DNA of 64,000 nt, taken from contig NC_043009.1 of NCBI RefSeq assembly GCF_006345805.1, positions 3,348,001-3,412,000 of the forward strand, written 5' to 3'. Below, one piece after another: positions 38,679 through 52,102 of this stretch; positions within the stretch are counted from its first letter, which is position 1, and every line of letters begins with the position of its first letter. The notes beneath the pieces were generated by a model. The model had not been told where the DNA came from and did no database searches. It was given only the letters and a program-made list of their open reading frames with translations. The position numbers were made by a program, and so were the translations under genes. The stretch is from Octopus sinensis. Taxonomy: Eukaryota.

Positions 38679-38714
<36 letters not shown>

Positions 38715-38765
38715 CAGTAGTAGCAGAAGCAGCAGCAGCAGCAGCAGCAGCAGTAACTGTAGTAT
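38395..38765. repeat. Compound (AGT)n/(GGT)n/(AGC)n microsatellite
   Basis: Direct inspection. Confidence 0.95.
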
Positions 38766-39227
38766 GAGTCTCGGATTTTCTATGCGTGTGTATAGTTTAC
38801 TTCTATGTATGTATCGGTGCATGTACATAAATTTGTTTACCCACACACATACACACACACACATATACATACGTAAACAAACACACACATGCACACACAC
38901 ACATAAATGTACATACATATACACGCCCACGCACACATGTAGACGTTATACACAATTGAGAACGAAATTGAGGCGCATGGTTACCCATGCGTTAGTTGGG
39001 ATAAGAGGATGTTATATACACCAATTATTCAGGTGAGTTTGCATATCTACGTGTATATGTGTACACACATATCCACACATTAACGCACTTATACATTAAT
39101 TATTTAATTAATTAATTTCACGTATAATTAAAATATTTAGATTAATCTGATGGGTTTCCCTGTACTTTTCTAAAGTTGTAGTCCTGTCTACATCATTCGT
39201 GTTTAAGAATAATATAGTCAAATAGTA

Positions 39228-39550
39228 AAGAACCCCTTCGGTCATGAACAACCGTTAGATTGCACTTAGAAAGTTCCCCACGGAGGTCAAGTCTGAGTAA
39301 GGTTGTTCATGGAAGACAAGCAGTCACCCATGCATATCATGCTTCTTCTCTCTACGCCACCAGTACTATCGAAGGGAAAGGCAAAGTCGCAACTCATTTC
39401 TACAGGTAAATGAACTGGAGCAACGCCAAATAACGTACCTTGTTCAAGAACACTACAAAACACAACCCAACATACAACCCGGGCTAGGATCCGGAGTCAC
39501 TACCTCATAATTGTAAGCCCGATCCTCTAAACACTCAGCCATGGGTTTTC
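39228..39550 (-). mobile_element. Degenerate tRNA-derived SINE (family A-like head, different tail)
   Basis: Decayed head and central domain (CTTGTTCAAGAACAC on +, TTGCTCCAGTTCA on -) similar to family A. Confidence 0.5.
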
Positions 39551-39626
39551 ACAAAAATAATATATATATATATATGTATGTATATATTGTTGTGTCTTGA
39601 GTGAGTCATTCTCTTTTAGTGACTTA

Positions 39627-40872
39627 TTAGGTTGTCAAGTATAAAATTTGTAGGAAAGAAAAATGTTTGCTAGTGTTCTATAAATACAAGGAATAGTTTT
39701 ATTCATCAAAGTATGCACCCATATTATCAATACTCTTTTGCCATTTCAGCGGTAGTTTGTCCAGCCTTGAACACTAAAACCTTGGAAATCTAGAGTCAAT
39801 AAAATCTTGCAAAGTCTGTTTTATAGCATCATTGGAATTAATTTTTTTCCATATCAAAATGTTATGCAATTTCTGGAAGAAGTGGTAATCAGTGGGTTCA
39901 AGATTAAGTGAGTACGGTGTATGATGGAGAACTTCCAACTCTCAACTCCTGTAGTTTCGGCAATGTCATTTTTGCTATGTGTGGTCTGGCGTTGTCTTCC
40001 AATAAAATAGGAGTGGATCTGTTGACTAATCTAGGCTGTGTTTTGTAAGTTTTTGCATCATTTGGTCCATTTGGCTGCAGCATACTTAGGCAGGGATTGA
40101 TGAGCCAGGTTTAATGAAATCATGATGGATCGCACCTGCGCCAGATCATCAAACACACACACCATCAGATTCTTTTGATGAATTTTGTTTTTGGACTGTG
40201 TTTTGGTGGCTCGTCTTTGTCCAACCGTTGTGTGAACCTTTACGTTTGTTGTATTGCATCCATTTCTCATCAAATGTTACAATTCGATTAAAAAATTATT
40301 CACTTTTGATTTTTGTGACGAGAAAGTATCAAAATGCAGGATTCCAAACGTTGCTGTTTCTGATTTTCATTGAGTGCAAGTGGAACCCACTTATGCAATT
40401 TTTCACTTTACCGATTTGAACTAGGTGAGTCAATATTGTTTGCTTGCTAACACCAAACAACAACGATAATTCACGAGTACATTGAGATGGAGCTGACTCA
40501 ACGTTGACTTTCAGTTTGTCATTATCTGTCTTTCTTTCTGGTCGACTGCGTTCCTCATTTGTGAGGGAAAAGTTACCAGAACGAAATTTCACAAACCAAT
40601 TTGATATTCCATTAAAATACCGAACTGTCTGCGATGCTGTATTTCCAAGAAAGTACTCATATTTCAAATCTGTACGAATTTCTGACTTATCTATCTCTAA
40701 ACAAAAATAGCAAAAACTGATTTATAATTACTTTATAAAGCGCAAAATTAGTTCGAATAAAGAAATAAATGTGCCAGTTTTCTAACAAAATATATACATC
40801 GTTAAAATATAATAATGGCGCAAAATGAGCAGCTTATATACCTTACTACAAATTTCATATGCGACGATCTAA
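39627..40872 (-). mobile_element. Full-length degenerate mariner transposon (1246 bp)
   Basis: Imperfect TIRs TTAGGTTGTCAAGTATAAAATTTGTAG and TTAGATCGTCGCATATGAAATTTGTAG; TA on both flanks; decayed transposase (DEKW; KLHQKNLMVCV-like; HYHFF...KWQKSIDNMGAYFDE). Confidence 0.88.
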
Positions 40873-41074
40873 TATTTAACACACCGGTTAAGTTTCCACT
40901 TATTTACTTATTTATTTTCTCTAAAATTTTCGTTGTGAGTGGAAACTTTCCCGGTTAGTGTGTTAAATAATAAAGCACTAAAAGAGAATGACTCTCCCCA
41001 GACACAACAAAATATGCTTGAATATACGAACCCACATAAAGAATCTTGCAAACCAAATCCCAAAACGAAATATG

Positions 41075-41209
<135 letters not shown>

Positions 41210-41225
41210 ATGTATATATATGCCC

Positions 41226-41513
41226 ACGGGCATATGGCGTAGTGGTTATGAGCTCGGGCTACTAACCCCAAGATTTCGAGTTCGATTCCAAGCAGTGACC
41301 TGAACACTAATATTAATAACATCGAAAAAAATACCTTAGGAATGAGAACCCATGTTCAAAATTTCCGCAAGTCACCTGAAGAAGGCTGGAGGCTATATTA
41401 GCCGAAATATTGTGTTAACAAGAAACAAGATGAGGACAAATATCCGTCGAATGTAAATAATGTAAATAATGTAAATAATGTACACAATTCTTCATCTCTT
41501 AAATATAAAACTG
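41226..41513 (+). mobile_element. tRNA-headed short element carrying a minimal hammerhead motif
   Basis: A box TGGCGTAGTGG, B box GAGTTCGATTCC, then CTGAAGA-A-GGCT...AGCC-GAAATATT-GTG (41376-41414) and a (TGTAAATAA)x3 tail. A second, head-only copy lies at ~50640-50705. Confidence 0.65.
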
Positions 41514-42429
41514 CGAATATATGTATATATAGAGAAAAAGAGAGATAGATAGATAGGTAGTTTTAGATAGATACATAGTTAAATAGATAGATATACATAC
41601 ATACACACACATATATATATATATATAGTTAAATACTGATATATAGATAGATAGAGACATGGAAATAAAGAGAGAGACTAGGATAGAGAAAAGGATTACA
41701 TAAGAAATATATTGTCCCTTTCAATTCTAAGATATTAGCATTACATAAACGAAGGTAAAGAGAAATAATAAACCATTCATGAATAATGTAGATATCGTAG
41801 AAAACCTTCTTCTTTCCGCGCTGCTGATGAACAGCCGTTGAGTTTGTGATGATGGTTGACCTTGTAATAGCGATATATTTATCAGAGTATTTTGTTTTTA
41901 AATATATTGCAATCAACGCCGATACTGTTATTGGGAATCTTTAAGATATTCTTAAAGCAAGAAATTTGATACAATGAATATCAACAACAACAGGAATAGT
42001 AATGACAACAATAAGTGGAAGAGTGACATATAAAACAAATGCAAAGATCGAAAATGGAAGAAGAATATATTCGAAACATTAATTGAGTCACTGAAGTTTT
42101 TACTGGTTTTAATGGCGAGAAAAATAAAACAGAAACAGAAGAAATAGATGTTAAGAAAGTCAACTGAGGAATTTCGAAGGGAATATATGAAGGGAATACA
42201 GCAGAAGGACAGATTAAATGCACATGTATACACACATACACACACACGCTCACACACTCACACACACATTTAAACACACATGCACACACAAACACCCATA
42301 CATGCACACGCGCACACACCTTAGTATGCATATATATATATGTAAATATAAATATTTTTGTAAATATATGTATATGTGAGTATATATGTATATAAGTGTG
42401 TGTAAGTTTGAATGTATATATGTACATAT

Positions 42430-42462
<33 letters not shown>

Positions 42463-42487
42463 ATACACATATATATATATATCAATA

Positions 42488-42695
42488 TGTGACCTCGTGA
42501 GTACCGCCAACGATTTTTTTCCTCTGTCTTCCCTTCTCTGGATCTTTCCTTCTCCTATGTTTCCGACGAAGAACTCCGCTCGAAATGTTAAACCGTTCTT
42601 CTTCCCTTCTTTCCTGAGCGTCCAATAATACTTTATTTGTTCCACGTCCTCGCGTTGCTGTGTTTTTTTTTTGTGTTTTCTTGTTTGGATTAACT
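42488..42695 (+). mobile_element. Solo PLE-like terminus (paralog of 29297-29503)
   Basis: Aligns over ~200 bp; CCGACGA...GAAATGTTA. Confidence 0.6.
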
Positions 42696-42725
42696 TTATA
42701 CATAAATATATATATATACATACAT

Positions 42726-42757
<32 letters not shown>

Positions 42758-43419
42758 GAATTTTTGCGTAATGAGATAAAGACATAGAACCAACGTTGAA
42801 GCCTTTATTCGCAATATTACCGAATCTGGAACTTAACTCTGGTCTGTCTATAGCACTTATTCAGCATTACCTGACACATCTGGGTCTCAATGACACCCTT
42901 ATCTCCTATATATATATATATACACAAATAATCTTCAGTAATATTCCGGCTCTCCATTGAAACTACATTTCGTTCGCATGAATTTACATAAATATTTATT
43001 TATGTATCTGCAATGCCAAGCGGAGACACTCTAGATTATCCCTTGCTGTGCTTAAGCTCTTGACAATAACCTAACCTCCTATAATGATGCAGTCCACTAA
43101 GCTGTAGAAAAGGAACCAAGAATTGTTAAATCTCATTGTCTACATCACCAATAACAATATCTGATTAAATAATGTCTAACTTGCCTTACACATTGGGATT
43201 CACTTCATCTGATTACTGTCATTTCGATAGCGATCGGCTTGGAAAATCTGATTCAGTGAACAAGTATTATGTTTACATAACTTATGAAATTAGTACCTCG
43301 AGGAGTATTTATTTTATTAACATTTATACTACTACATTTATGTATATATATATATAATATATATGCGTTTATATTATATATATATATATATAATATATAT
43401 ACGTTTATATATATATATG

Positions 43420-43515
<96 letters not shown>

Positions 43516-43516
43516 G

Positions 43517-43559
<43 letters not shown>

Positions 43560-44430
43560 GTTTATATATACATATATATACACGTTTATAGATACGTTTT
43601 GCAAGATTCTTGATATGTATGTATGTATACATATATACATATTATATGTTTACTTGCGTATTTTTCTATATTAGTCATATAATATCAACTCAAAGCAATT
43701 TCTAATGCAAAGTATGAATGGCTCATGACGTTGTGGTTAGTGTTTTCGGATCACCATCGTAATAACTTCCGTTCAGTTCTTGCACCCTGCAGTCTGCTAT
43801 TTCCATGAGCAACTCGTTAGCTTCATGTTGATCTTCATGTTGCTCTTTGGATGCAGTATATACACCAAAATACTAACTATCATTCTAGTTTTTTGAAAAC
43901 ATCCAGAAATAAGCCATATGAAGATGAAGAAACGGATGGAAATTTCTTGAAAGGAAACTGAGAATCCTTCAAGAGCTTCACATTTCCTTTCACTGAATAA
44001 TTTTGGTAATGAAAACAAAACAGGCAATATATAAAATAACCCGTATAAATTTGGTCGGCCCGAGGCTATGTCCAGCCTCTCTCAGCTACCCTACAATATG
44101 GTGACTATTGTCCTCGTGCACATATGCAAATAATTTGCGAAGTCACGGTATATGTTATCAAACGTTACTCATTCATGTGTGACGGGTGTCTCAGGTTAAC
44201 AGGAAATCATTAATTAAATGAAATCACGTGTTTAGATTTTCCTTTTATTGCCATTTTTATCGCTTAATAGTATCGCTTGTTGATCTGCCTCAATGCAGGG
44301 CCATCACTGTGAAGATATTTAATCGAACACTTTGGAACCAATAGTTATTTTTTACATGGGGTACATATTGTATCAAATTCTTAGGGCAGATGCAAAATAG
44401 ATGTATACATATATAGGTACATATATAGGT

Positions 44431-44590
44431 GCAGGAGTGGCTGTGTGGTATGTAGCTTGCTTACCAGCCACATAGTTCTGAGTTCAGTCCCACTGCGTGG
44501 CACATTGGGCAAGTGACTTCTACTATAGCCTCGGGCCGACCAAAGCCTTGTGAGTGGATTCGGTAGACGGAAACTGAAAGAAGCCCGTCG
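44431..44590 (+). mobile_element. SINE family B head
   Basis: GCAGGAGTGGCTGTGTGG...GGGCAAGTG...GACGGAAACTGAAAGAAGCCCGTCG, then (TA/TG)n. Confidence 0.85.
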
Positions 44591-44618
44591 TATATATATA
44601 TATGTATATATATATATA

Positions 44619-44661
<43 letters not shown>

Positions 44662-46787
44662 TGTGTTTCTATATAGTATATATGCATGTATATTTTTATA
44701 TATATACATTCATATATATTTTATACGCACACGCGCACACACACACACACACACACACATATGCACGCACAAATTATATCACGTTTCCAAAAATGTGTGC
44801 GACCGTACCTGCTAAGTTTAAAGCTCCACAGAGATTATCAATGTCCGCTCGCTTCTAGTCAAATGGCTGAGCCGCAACCATTCATAATATTACTACTAGT
44901 TATTAAATTCAGTTAAAATATCAGAGAAATTAGCTCTTGTTTCTTCCACATGTCGCTATGTATGCTTCCCATTTCGGTTGCTTGGAACTCTGCGTAGAAT
45001 GTACCAAGTGCACTGGAAGCTTAATTACTATTTCATGCTCTAAACTTTCCAGATGATCCGTCATGGTTAAGCATCCAGTGGCTTTGGAACGTTCAATGAA
45101 TTGTTCCAAATAACGAAAATGGTGAAACGTAAGTGAATAGAAATTATATAAACTTGTGTTTATCAAAATTTCTCCTGTCTATATACTTCTGTTTGTCTAT
45201 GTGCTTGTGTGTGTGTGTTGTGTGTGTGTGTGTTGTGTGTGTGTGTGTGAGTGTGTGTGTTTGCGCATGTGTGTGTTCGTGTGTGTGTGTGTGGCTGTGT
45301 GTGTCTGGGTGTCCGTGCGTGCGTATATATCGTTGTGTTTCTCCCTCACCGGTATTGGTCTGTTTTCGTCCAAGCAAGGATTCGACAAAATGAGACGGAT
45401 GAAATAAGCTCGAAAGAATAACAAGTAATGGTGTCGATTTGTTTCACTAAACCCCCCAAGAGAGTGCTACAGCATGGCCGCAATCTAAGGATTCAAACAA
45501 GTAAAAGATAAAAGATTATGGATAAGATATCAGCGTTTGAATGAGACTATATTTCATTAACATGTGAAGGATGAAATGCAACGTTGTCCTTTGCCAGTTT
45601 AACTCGGAGTGCGAAAGGTCGTAAGAGAACACTATACGACTGTAGTGCGTAACACTAGAGATTTTGTCAATCTACAGCTCTACATTCTATAGTAATGTTA
45701 GTGTCAGTTTTAGATTGCATAATTGTCTAATTTCAACACGATTGAAAGTAATCGAATGTTTGAGTATGAGAAACATGTGGAAGTTAATATTTCCTCAATG
45801 GTAATTTTTGTTTTGGGTTCGCCCATTTTGCCTAAAAATGTTGACCTCTCGGATGAAAGATATTAGCACCATAATAATCCATTCTTCTTTATATATATAT
45901 ACAGGAAATATATTTTCGAATTTATTTTTCCGCTCATACGTATTCTCGCTAAACAATATGCTTGTACATCGTTATGTTGCCACTCACACAATTTAGTTTC
46001 ACAATGTGTAGGAAATATGTTAACTAAAGTATGACACATAGTGTTTAAATCTCCCTCTACCCTATCAGCGATTAGGTTTCTATCCAAACAAATGAACGCT
46101 AATTCTAAAAGCGTGTATTGTAGATTATTTAGAAGTTGAATCTTATTTGCAAAACTTGTTACAATAAGGAAAGTAAACAACTAAATTAATCTCCCCTAAT
46201 ATTATAAATAGATCTGCATTCTGTTCGTTATTCTTACTTCAATTAATATTGTAATTAATATAGGTAAATATATTTACTAATTCATTACATATGTAGGCTC
46301 TGCGATTTTTTTGCTTTTATTGAGGTGTGGCTTTCTTCTTACTCGCTGGCAATGTGTAGCTTCTGGCAACAATTTACAGAACAGGAAAACTGATATGAAT
46401 ATAGCATGAAGAATTTAAAGACTTTACTTAGACACGAAATTAAGTACGAGCTTCAGAGCTTGTTAATGCATCATATTATGATGTCCTTGGAAATATCAAA
46501 TTCAGCCTATATACGTGCGATAGTTTACATATATGTACAAATCGGTTTCCTTTCGCTTAGTGCACTTCCTACATATCTCCCTCTCTCAGTGCATACATAC
46601 ATATTTAAATATATATATATATGCATAGATATATATATATGTATGCATACATGTACATATGTAAATATATATATATATATATTTATATCTATATATATAC
46701 ATACATACATATATATATATATTACATATATACATCTATGCATATATATATATATATATATATGTGTTATATATATATATATATATA

Positions 46788-46834
<47 letters not shown>

Positions 46835-48413
46835 TATGCATATATATATGTATGCATACAAGTATATAAGTAAATATATATATACATATATATATATATT
46901 TATGCACATGTATACATCTACATATATATGTACACATATCTATCTATATATATATATATATGCACATGCATACATGCTTATGTGTGTAGGATTTCACATG
47001 TATCTGTTCGTATGTGCGTGTGTAGCGGGGAAGCAGATGCGTAGAAGATTACATCGGCAGTAATAGAGAAAAAGTAAATACGGTAAACGTCTTAGTCACT
47101 TAGGGGAGAATAATTTGCTCTCACATGCTCACAAAAATTGCTGAGGAATTCAATTTGACGTGATGTTTTCAGAAAGAATGAAGCGAGATTAATATCAGTT
47201 GCTGATAGAAGAATAGCTATTATCAATCTATTTCATCTCATTTGTCATGTTACTATTATTAAATGAAATGAAATCATGGCAGATGAGAATGTAAGAGGGA
47301 AAGAAAAAGAGAAGAGAGAAAGGAGAAAAGAGAGATATTAGCATTGCTGTTCATGTATGACAAGATCAAACTTGATTATATAATACCCGATAATAGTTAA
47401 GAAAACATGAAATGCTTCAAAGTCAATCTATGAATATAATTGATATAATACGTTCCTTTACAGGTTCAGTGGCATACAGCACACTATATGTTCAACATGC
47501 TTTACAGTTGCCCATTTGTCAATTTAAGGATAACTGAAAAATATGAATATATACTAATAAAGAAAGAATGGACGAGTGAATAGAATGCAAAAATGATGCT
47601 TTATCTAATTACATTCAAGCTGTTTTATCTAATTTTAATCAACCTTAAATTTTTGATTAGCTAAATTGAAATTATTTGAAGAAGATGGTAGGAGATCTTC
47701 ATTTTCGTTCATGTTAGTTAAATAAGACGTATGCATTTATAATAGGCGAATTGAGTGTTGATGAAACGAAAGAGTGAAAAGAAAGAATAAACAAAATGAG
47801 AGTCACATATTCTGTTCTGTTTAGTTTCGTTTCTGATAACCTTTCTTTGTTCCGTTTGAATAGATATTTCGGATATTATGACTACAGTGTAATAATAACC
47901 TCCATATGATAGCAAACATATTTCTCGTTAACAAAGGCTTTATCAGATGCAATGGTACGAATACAAATAAATGGTGTAATTTAAATAAAACTCTTTAGAA
48001 TCTTATTGAAAATGGACAAAAAGCGAATAAAATGTGTCAAATAATCGGAGAGATTGAAAACGAGCCTTTGCCGGATCAATTCAATTTATTTTTAATAGTT
48101 CTTGTAAAATGAATCTATGGAAATAGACGAGGCAATAGGATGGGAAAGTTAACTCTTTACAACGTTTAATTTTAACCCATTTGGTTCCTTAGTGGAAAAT
48201 ATATGCTCGTGTTGACTTTATAAGATATACATACATATATACATTGATATATATATACACATTTATATATATATATATATATATATACATTGATATATAT
48301 ATATACACATTTATATATATATATATATATATAATAATAAATATTAGGGAATAAATCCAAATTTACAGGGAAAAAATCAGATTTATGATTAAATCGATTT
48401 TATAGTAAAATAT

Positions 48414-48737
48414 TATAAAATATTATTCGAGACAAAACCACTATTTTGCAAAACAAACAAGGAAAGACTAATTAATACATAAAATTTTAATAAATAGTCA
48501 AAAAAACCGCCACTACAATCGTTTCTTGTCTTGATCGACAATCTTCAGGTGGACTTCCAATAATTCAGTGTCAAATTTGACACTGAATTATTGGAAGTCC
48601 ACCTGAAGATTGTCGATCAAGACAAGAAACGATTGTAGTGGCGGTTTTTTTGACTATTTATTAAAATTTTATGTATTAATTAGTCTTTCCTTGTTTGTTT
48701 TGCAAAATAGTGGTTTTGTCTCGAATAATATTTTATA
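48414..48737. repeat. Perfect 324-bp palindrome (162-bp arms, no spacer), PLE-like terminus
   Basis: Centre ...GTGTCAAA|TTTGACAC at 48575/48576; I found no mismatch between the arms. Confidence 0.95.
48599..48641 (+). ncRNA. Type I hammerhead ribozyme motif with intact core (mirror copy on the minus strand at 48510-48552)
   Basis: CCAC-CTGAAGA-TTGTC(gatcaa)GACAA-GAAAC(gatt)GTA-GTGG. Confidence 0.75.
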
Positions 48738-49641
48738 TATATATATATATATATATTACACACGAATGCACTGATGCACACCAAACACATTTACAAACGT
48801 AATATATATAATGAGAAAGCGAGCGAGAATGGAGGAATAAAAGCATTGATAATTTAATACGAATATTTTATCAAATTCGATACAAAAACTTTTTTTTTTT
48901 TTTTATTAACTGAGAACCACTTTTCAAACTTTGTCTATTCAAATTATACTTTCACAATTGAAGTTTTATCGAAAAGGAAGGTTTTAAGTTTACAAACTTC
49001 ATTCTTCCAAGCCAAAATGTGTTGTTACATTCCTGAAGGTTGGTGACAACTGTAGAACTGAATTTAGTCTTCTCAAGACTTTAACGTGAGCTAATGGCAT
49101 TTTGAGCATGTGGCTACGTTTTGATAACTAATAATCACGTTTCCCCATTGTAGTTTCTGTATGTATGAAGATCATATATGATTTTCGCTTTCTTCTGTTG
49201 TTAAAATATAAAACATCAATGCATAGTTGTAAAGAAAGAAACTACTGCATTTCGCCGCCTCGGACTCTGATATGTTGTCTGTGTCAGCGAAACTGCTCTA
49301 CATCGAGATTATCTCACCGATTGAAACACTCGCCTTTACAATTACAGTTTAAGAGCGATTCGTTTTGTTATTTAGATTAGCGCTTATCATCTACTGCTAC
49401 GATTCTCCGCATCTGTTGTGGTGTCTTGTCCGATTGTTTCTACAGAGTAATAAAGACAACATACTTGCAATGGTATGATATTACTGTTCTGATGTGATTT
49501 ATATATTCATGGTGTCTCAGGAAAGACATGATTATTATTCTCTGCATGATCCACTGCTACAGGAACATGTTCGAAGTATTGTGTCTTCACATGGGTTTTC
49601 ATTTTCAGTATTTATGCTCCATAATACATGTCATATTTGTC

Positions 49642-49953
49642 TATATCACCGTGATCACCGTGACCGACCAGGCTATCAGATGTTGCTACACATCACTGGT
49701 CAGAACGCGCTTCGCATTGTTTTAGCCTTCAAATGACACCACCCCGCTGGCTAAGCGAGCAGACCAACAGAAGAAAGAGTGAAAGTTGTGGCGAAAGAGT
49801 ACAACAGGGATCGCCACCACGCCCCTGCAGGAGACTCGTGGAGCTTTAGGTGTTTTCGCTCAATAAACACTCAAAACGCCCGGTCTGAGAATCGAAACCG
49901 CGATCTTACAACCGCGAGTCCGCTGCCCTAACCACTGGGCTATTGCGCCTCCA
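49642..49953 (-). mobile_element. SINE with family D head and distinct tail
   Basis: Head TGGAGGCGCAATAGCCCAGTGGTTAGGG...; tail GGTCGGTCACGGTGATCACGGTGATATA. Confidence 0.82.
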
Positions 49954-50728
49954 TTTCTCTATATATTGCAGCAAAATGTGCTACTGCTTACACTCTGCTG
50001 ATTTTCCGATTTTCAGCGAAAAAATGGTAGCTAACCGAACTGAAATAATCTAGGAAGCGCCTACAATAGTGCATTTTATGCTAGTTTTCTTTTTCTTTGA
50101 ATACTGTGGATGCATATGATGTGTACTGCCGTGACCTATTAAAGTTATAGCGCATTCTACAGTTATTGTGGACTGAAAGTGTTCCCTTATATATACTAAG
50201 AGGATCCCTTAGTTGTGAGGCCAAATCTGAAGTTGTAAAATCCCATTTGGATAGTGAGGACGATTGTTTAAATCTGTTTTGATTGTGATACATTTTTATG
50301 GTGTAAACTGGCAAATTTGTTCTCTTATCTTTTTTATGTTATATATTTGTCCATTGTTCACGGAGATGTTGAACTACCTGCAGTAACATCCCTGTGAAAA
50401 ACGTGTTTGCTATTTATCACACAAGGCTCTTAGAATTATAATCGTGGTATTTGCGCCATGTGTAACTGTGAGAATTGCCTTTTCACTTTTCATTTCTGAA
50501 TGCGTTTCTGTTAACTTTGTGCAGGGAACATTCTACATTTTTCATATTGTTATTGCCTGTTCTGTAAGTTGTCATCCTCTTCGAATTTTTGTTGTGATCA
50601 ATCTGCGTATTGATTTATGTTTTTTTTATTAAGCTCTGTTAACGGTTAAGAGCGCGGGCTACTAACCCCATGATACCGAGTTCGATTCTAGGCAGTGACT
50701 TGAATAATGATATTTCAGGGTAGTTTTA

Positions 50729-51208
50729 GGCGCAAGAGGGGCTGTGTGGTAAGTAGCTTGCTTACCATCCACATTGTTCTGGGTTCATTCCCACTGCGTA
50801 GCACCTTGGGCAAGTGTCTTCTCCTATAGCTTCGGGCCGTCCAAAGCCTTGTAAGTGGATTTGGTTGACGGAAACTGAAAGAAGCCCGTCGTATAAGTAT
50901 GTATATATATGTATATATGTATGTATGTGTGCGTGTATATGTTTGTGTGTCTGTGTTTGTCCCCCTAAAATCGTTTGATAACCAATGCTGATGTGTTTAC
51001 GTCCCCGTAACTTAGCGGTTCGGCAAAAGGGACAGATAGAAAAAGTACTAGGCTTACAAAAAATAAGTTCTGGGTTCGATTTGCTCGACTAAAGGCCCGA
51101 TGCATTAGTAGAAGACACTTGTCCAAGGTGCCACGCAATGGGACTGAACACGGAACCATGTGGTTCGTTAGCAAGCTACTTACCACACAGCCAGCCACTC
51201 CTACGCCT
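50729..51208. mobile_element. SINE family B (+) fused to an inverted family B head (-)
   Basis: Head, microsatellite and tail at 50729-51096, then a reverse-complement head at 51097-51208. Confidence 0.82.
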
Positions 51209-51239
51209 ATGTACAAAAATGTATTTTAAAAATCTGAAA

Positions 51240-51347
51240 ATATTTTGTGTATAGCAGAAAAATACCCAATTTACTACACATAAATTTCTACGGCAAAATC
51301 TTATGTGGACCCTCAAGGGCCATATGGAACCCTGGTTGAGAACCACA
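51240..51347 (-). mobile_element. Possible hAT-type element terminus
   Basis: The minus strand begins CTGTGGTTCTCAACCAGGG, resembling hAT MITE ends. Confidence 0.35.
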
Positions 51348-52033
51348 GTTTAGTCACTTCTTTATTTATCATATTAATATCCCTGAATGTTTCTTACTTT
51401 TTTCCAGATTTGACCATCGCTGCAATATTTTCAGAGTAAAACGAATGCTCGTGTATCAGTAATAGATATTTAGACTTCTTATAGTTTTCGTTCTCCAAAA
51501 GCTTTTATTGTTTGCACTAAAAAATAAGCTATTCGATTTACGGCTGCTTCAGCTGGGACTAACTTTGGCCTGGCCCCACCAGTGTTACTGAGGAAAGAAG
51601 AGAAACCTTATTATTAATCGTAGCTGGCTGATTGTAGTTAATTGTAATACACACATTTTTTTTCCTGGAAAATACATGTATGACATATACCTTATTGATA
51701 TTTCCTGGGTAAATTTATCAGGTAAAGGCGGCGTACATTTTTGTAACGTACCTTTCACGTAATATTTCATTCGCCTGGATAGGGCTCACATAAAACAACT
51801 TCCTTTTTACACGAAACGCTATCAAAGATCCATTGTCATTCTTCCAAACGTTATTGTTTACTTTGATTCAAAATGAGGTTTCACAACTTTATATTTGTTT
51901 ATAATTTTGTATTGTGATAGTTAAATATTTGTGCTTGAAACCGTGTCTGTTTGAATAATTGTCAGATTTCTGGGATGTTTATTCAAAATTTGTCATTTAT
52001 TTGTAAAAGCTGGGGGAGGGTATAGGCTACTCC

Positions 52034-52102
<69 letters not shown>

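Noticed and set aside
49165-49640. GPCR-like words (FAASD...ERF) on the plus strand
   Set aside because: Spacing is too short for TM2 to TM3, stops intervene, and there is no splice support.
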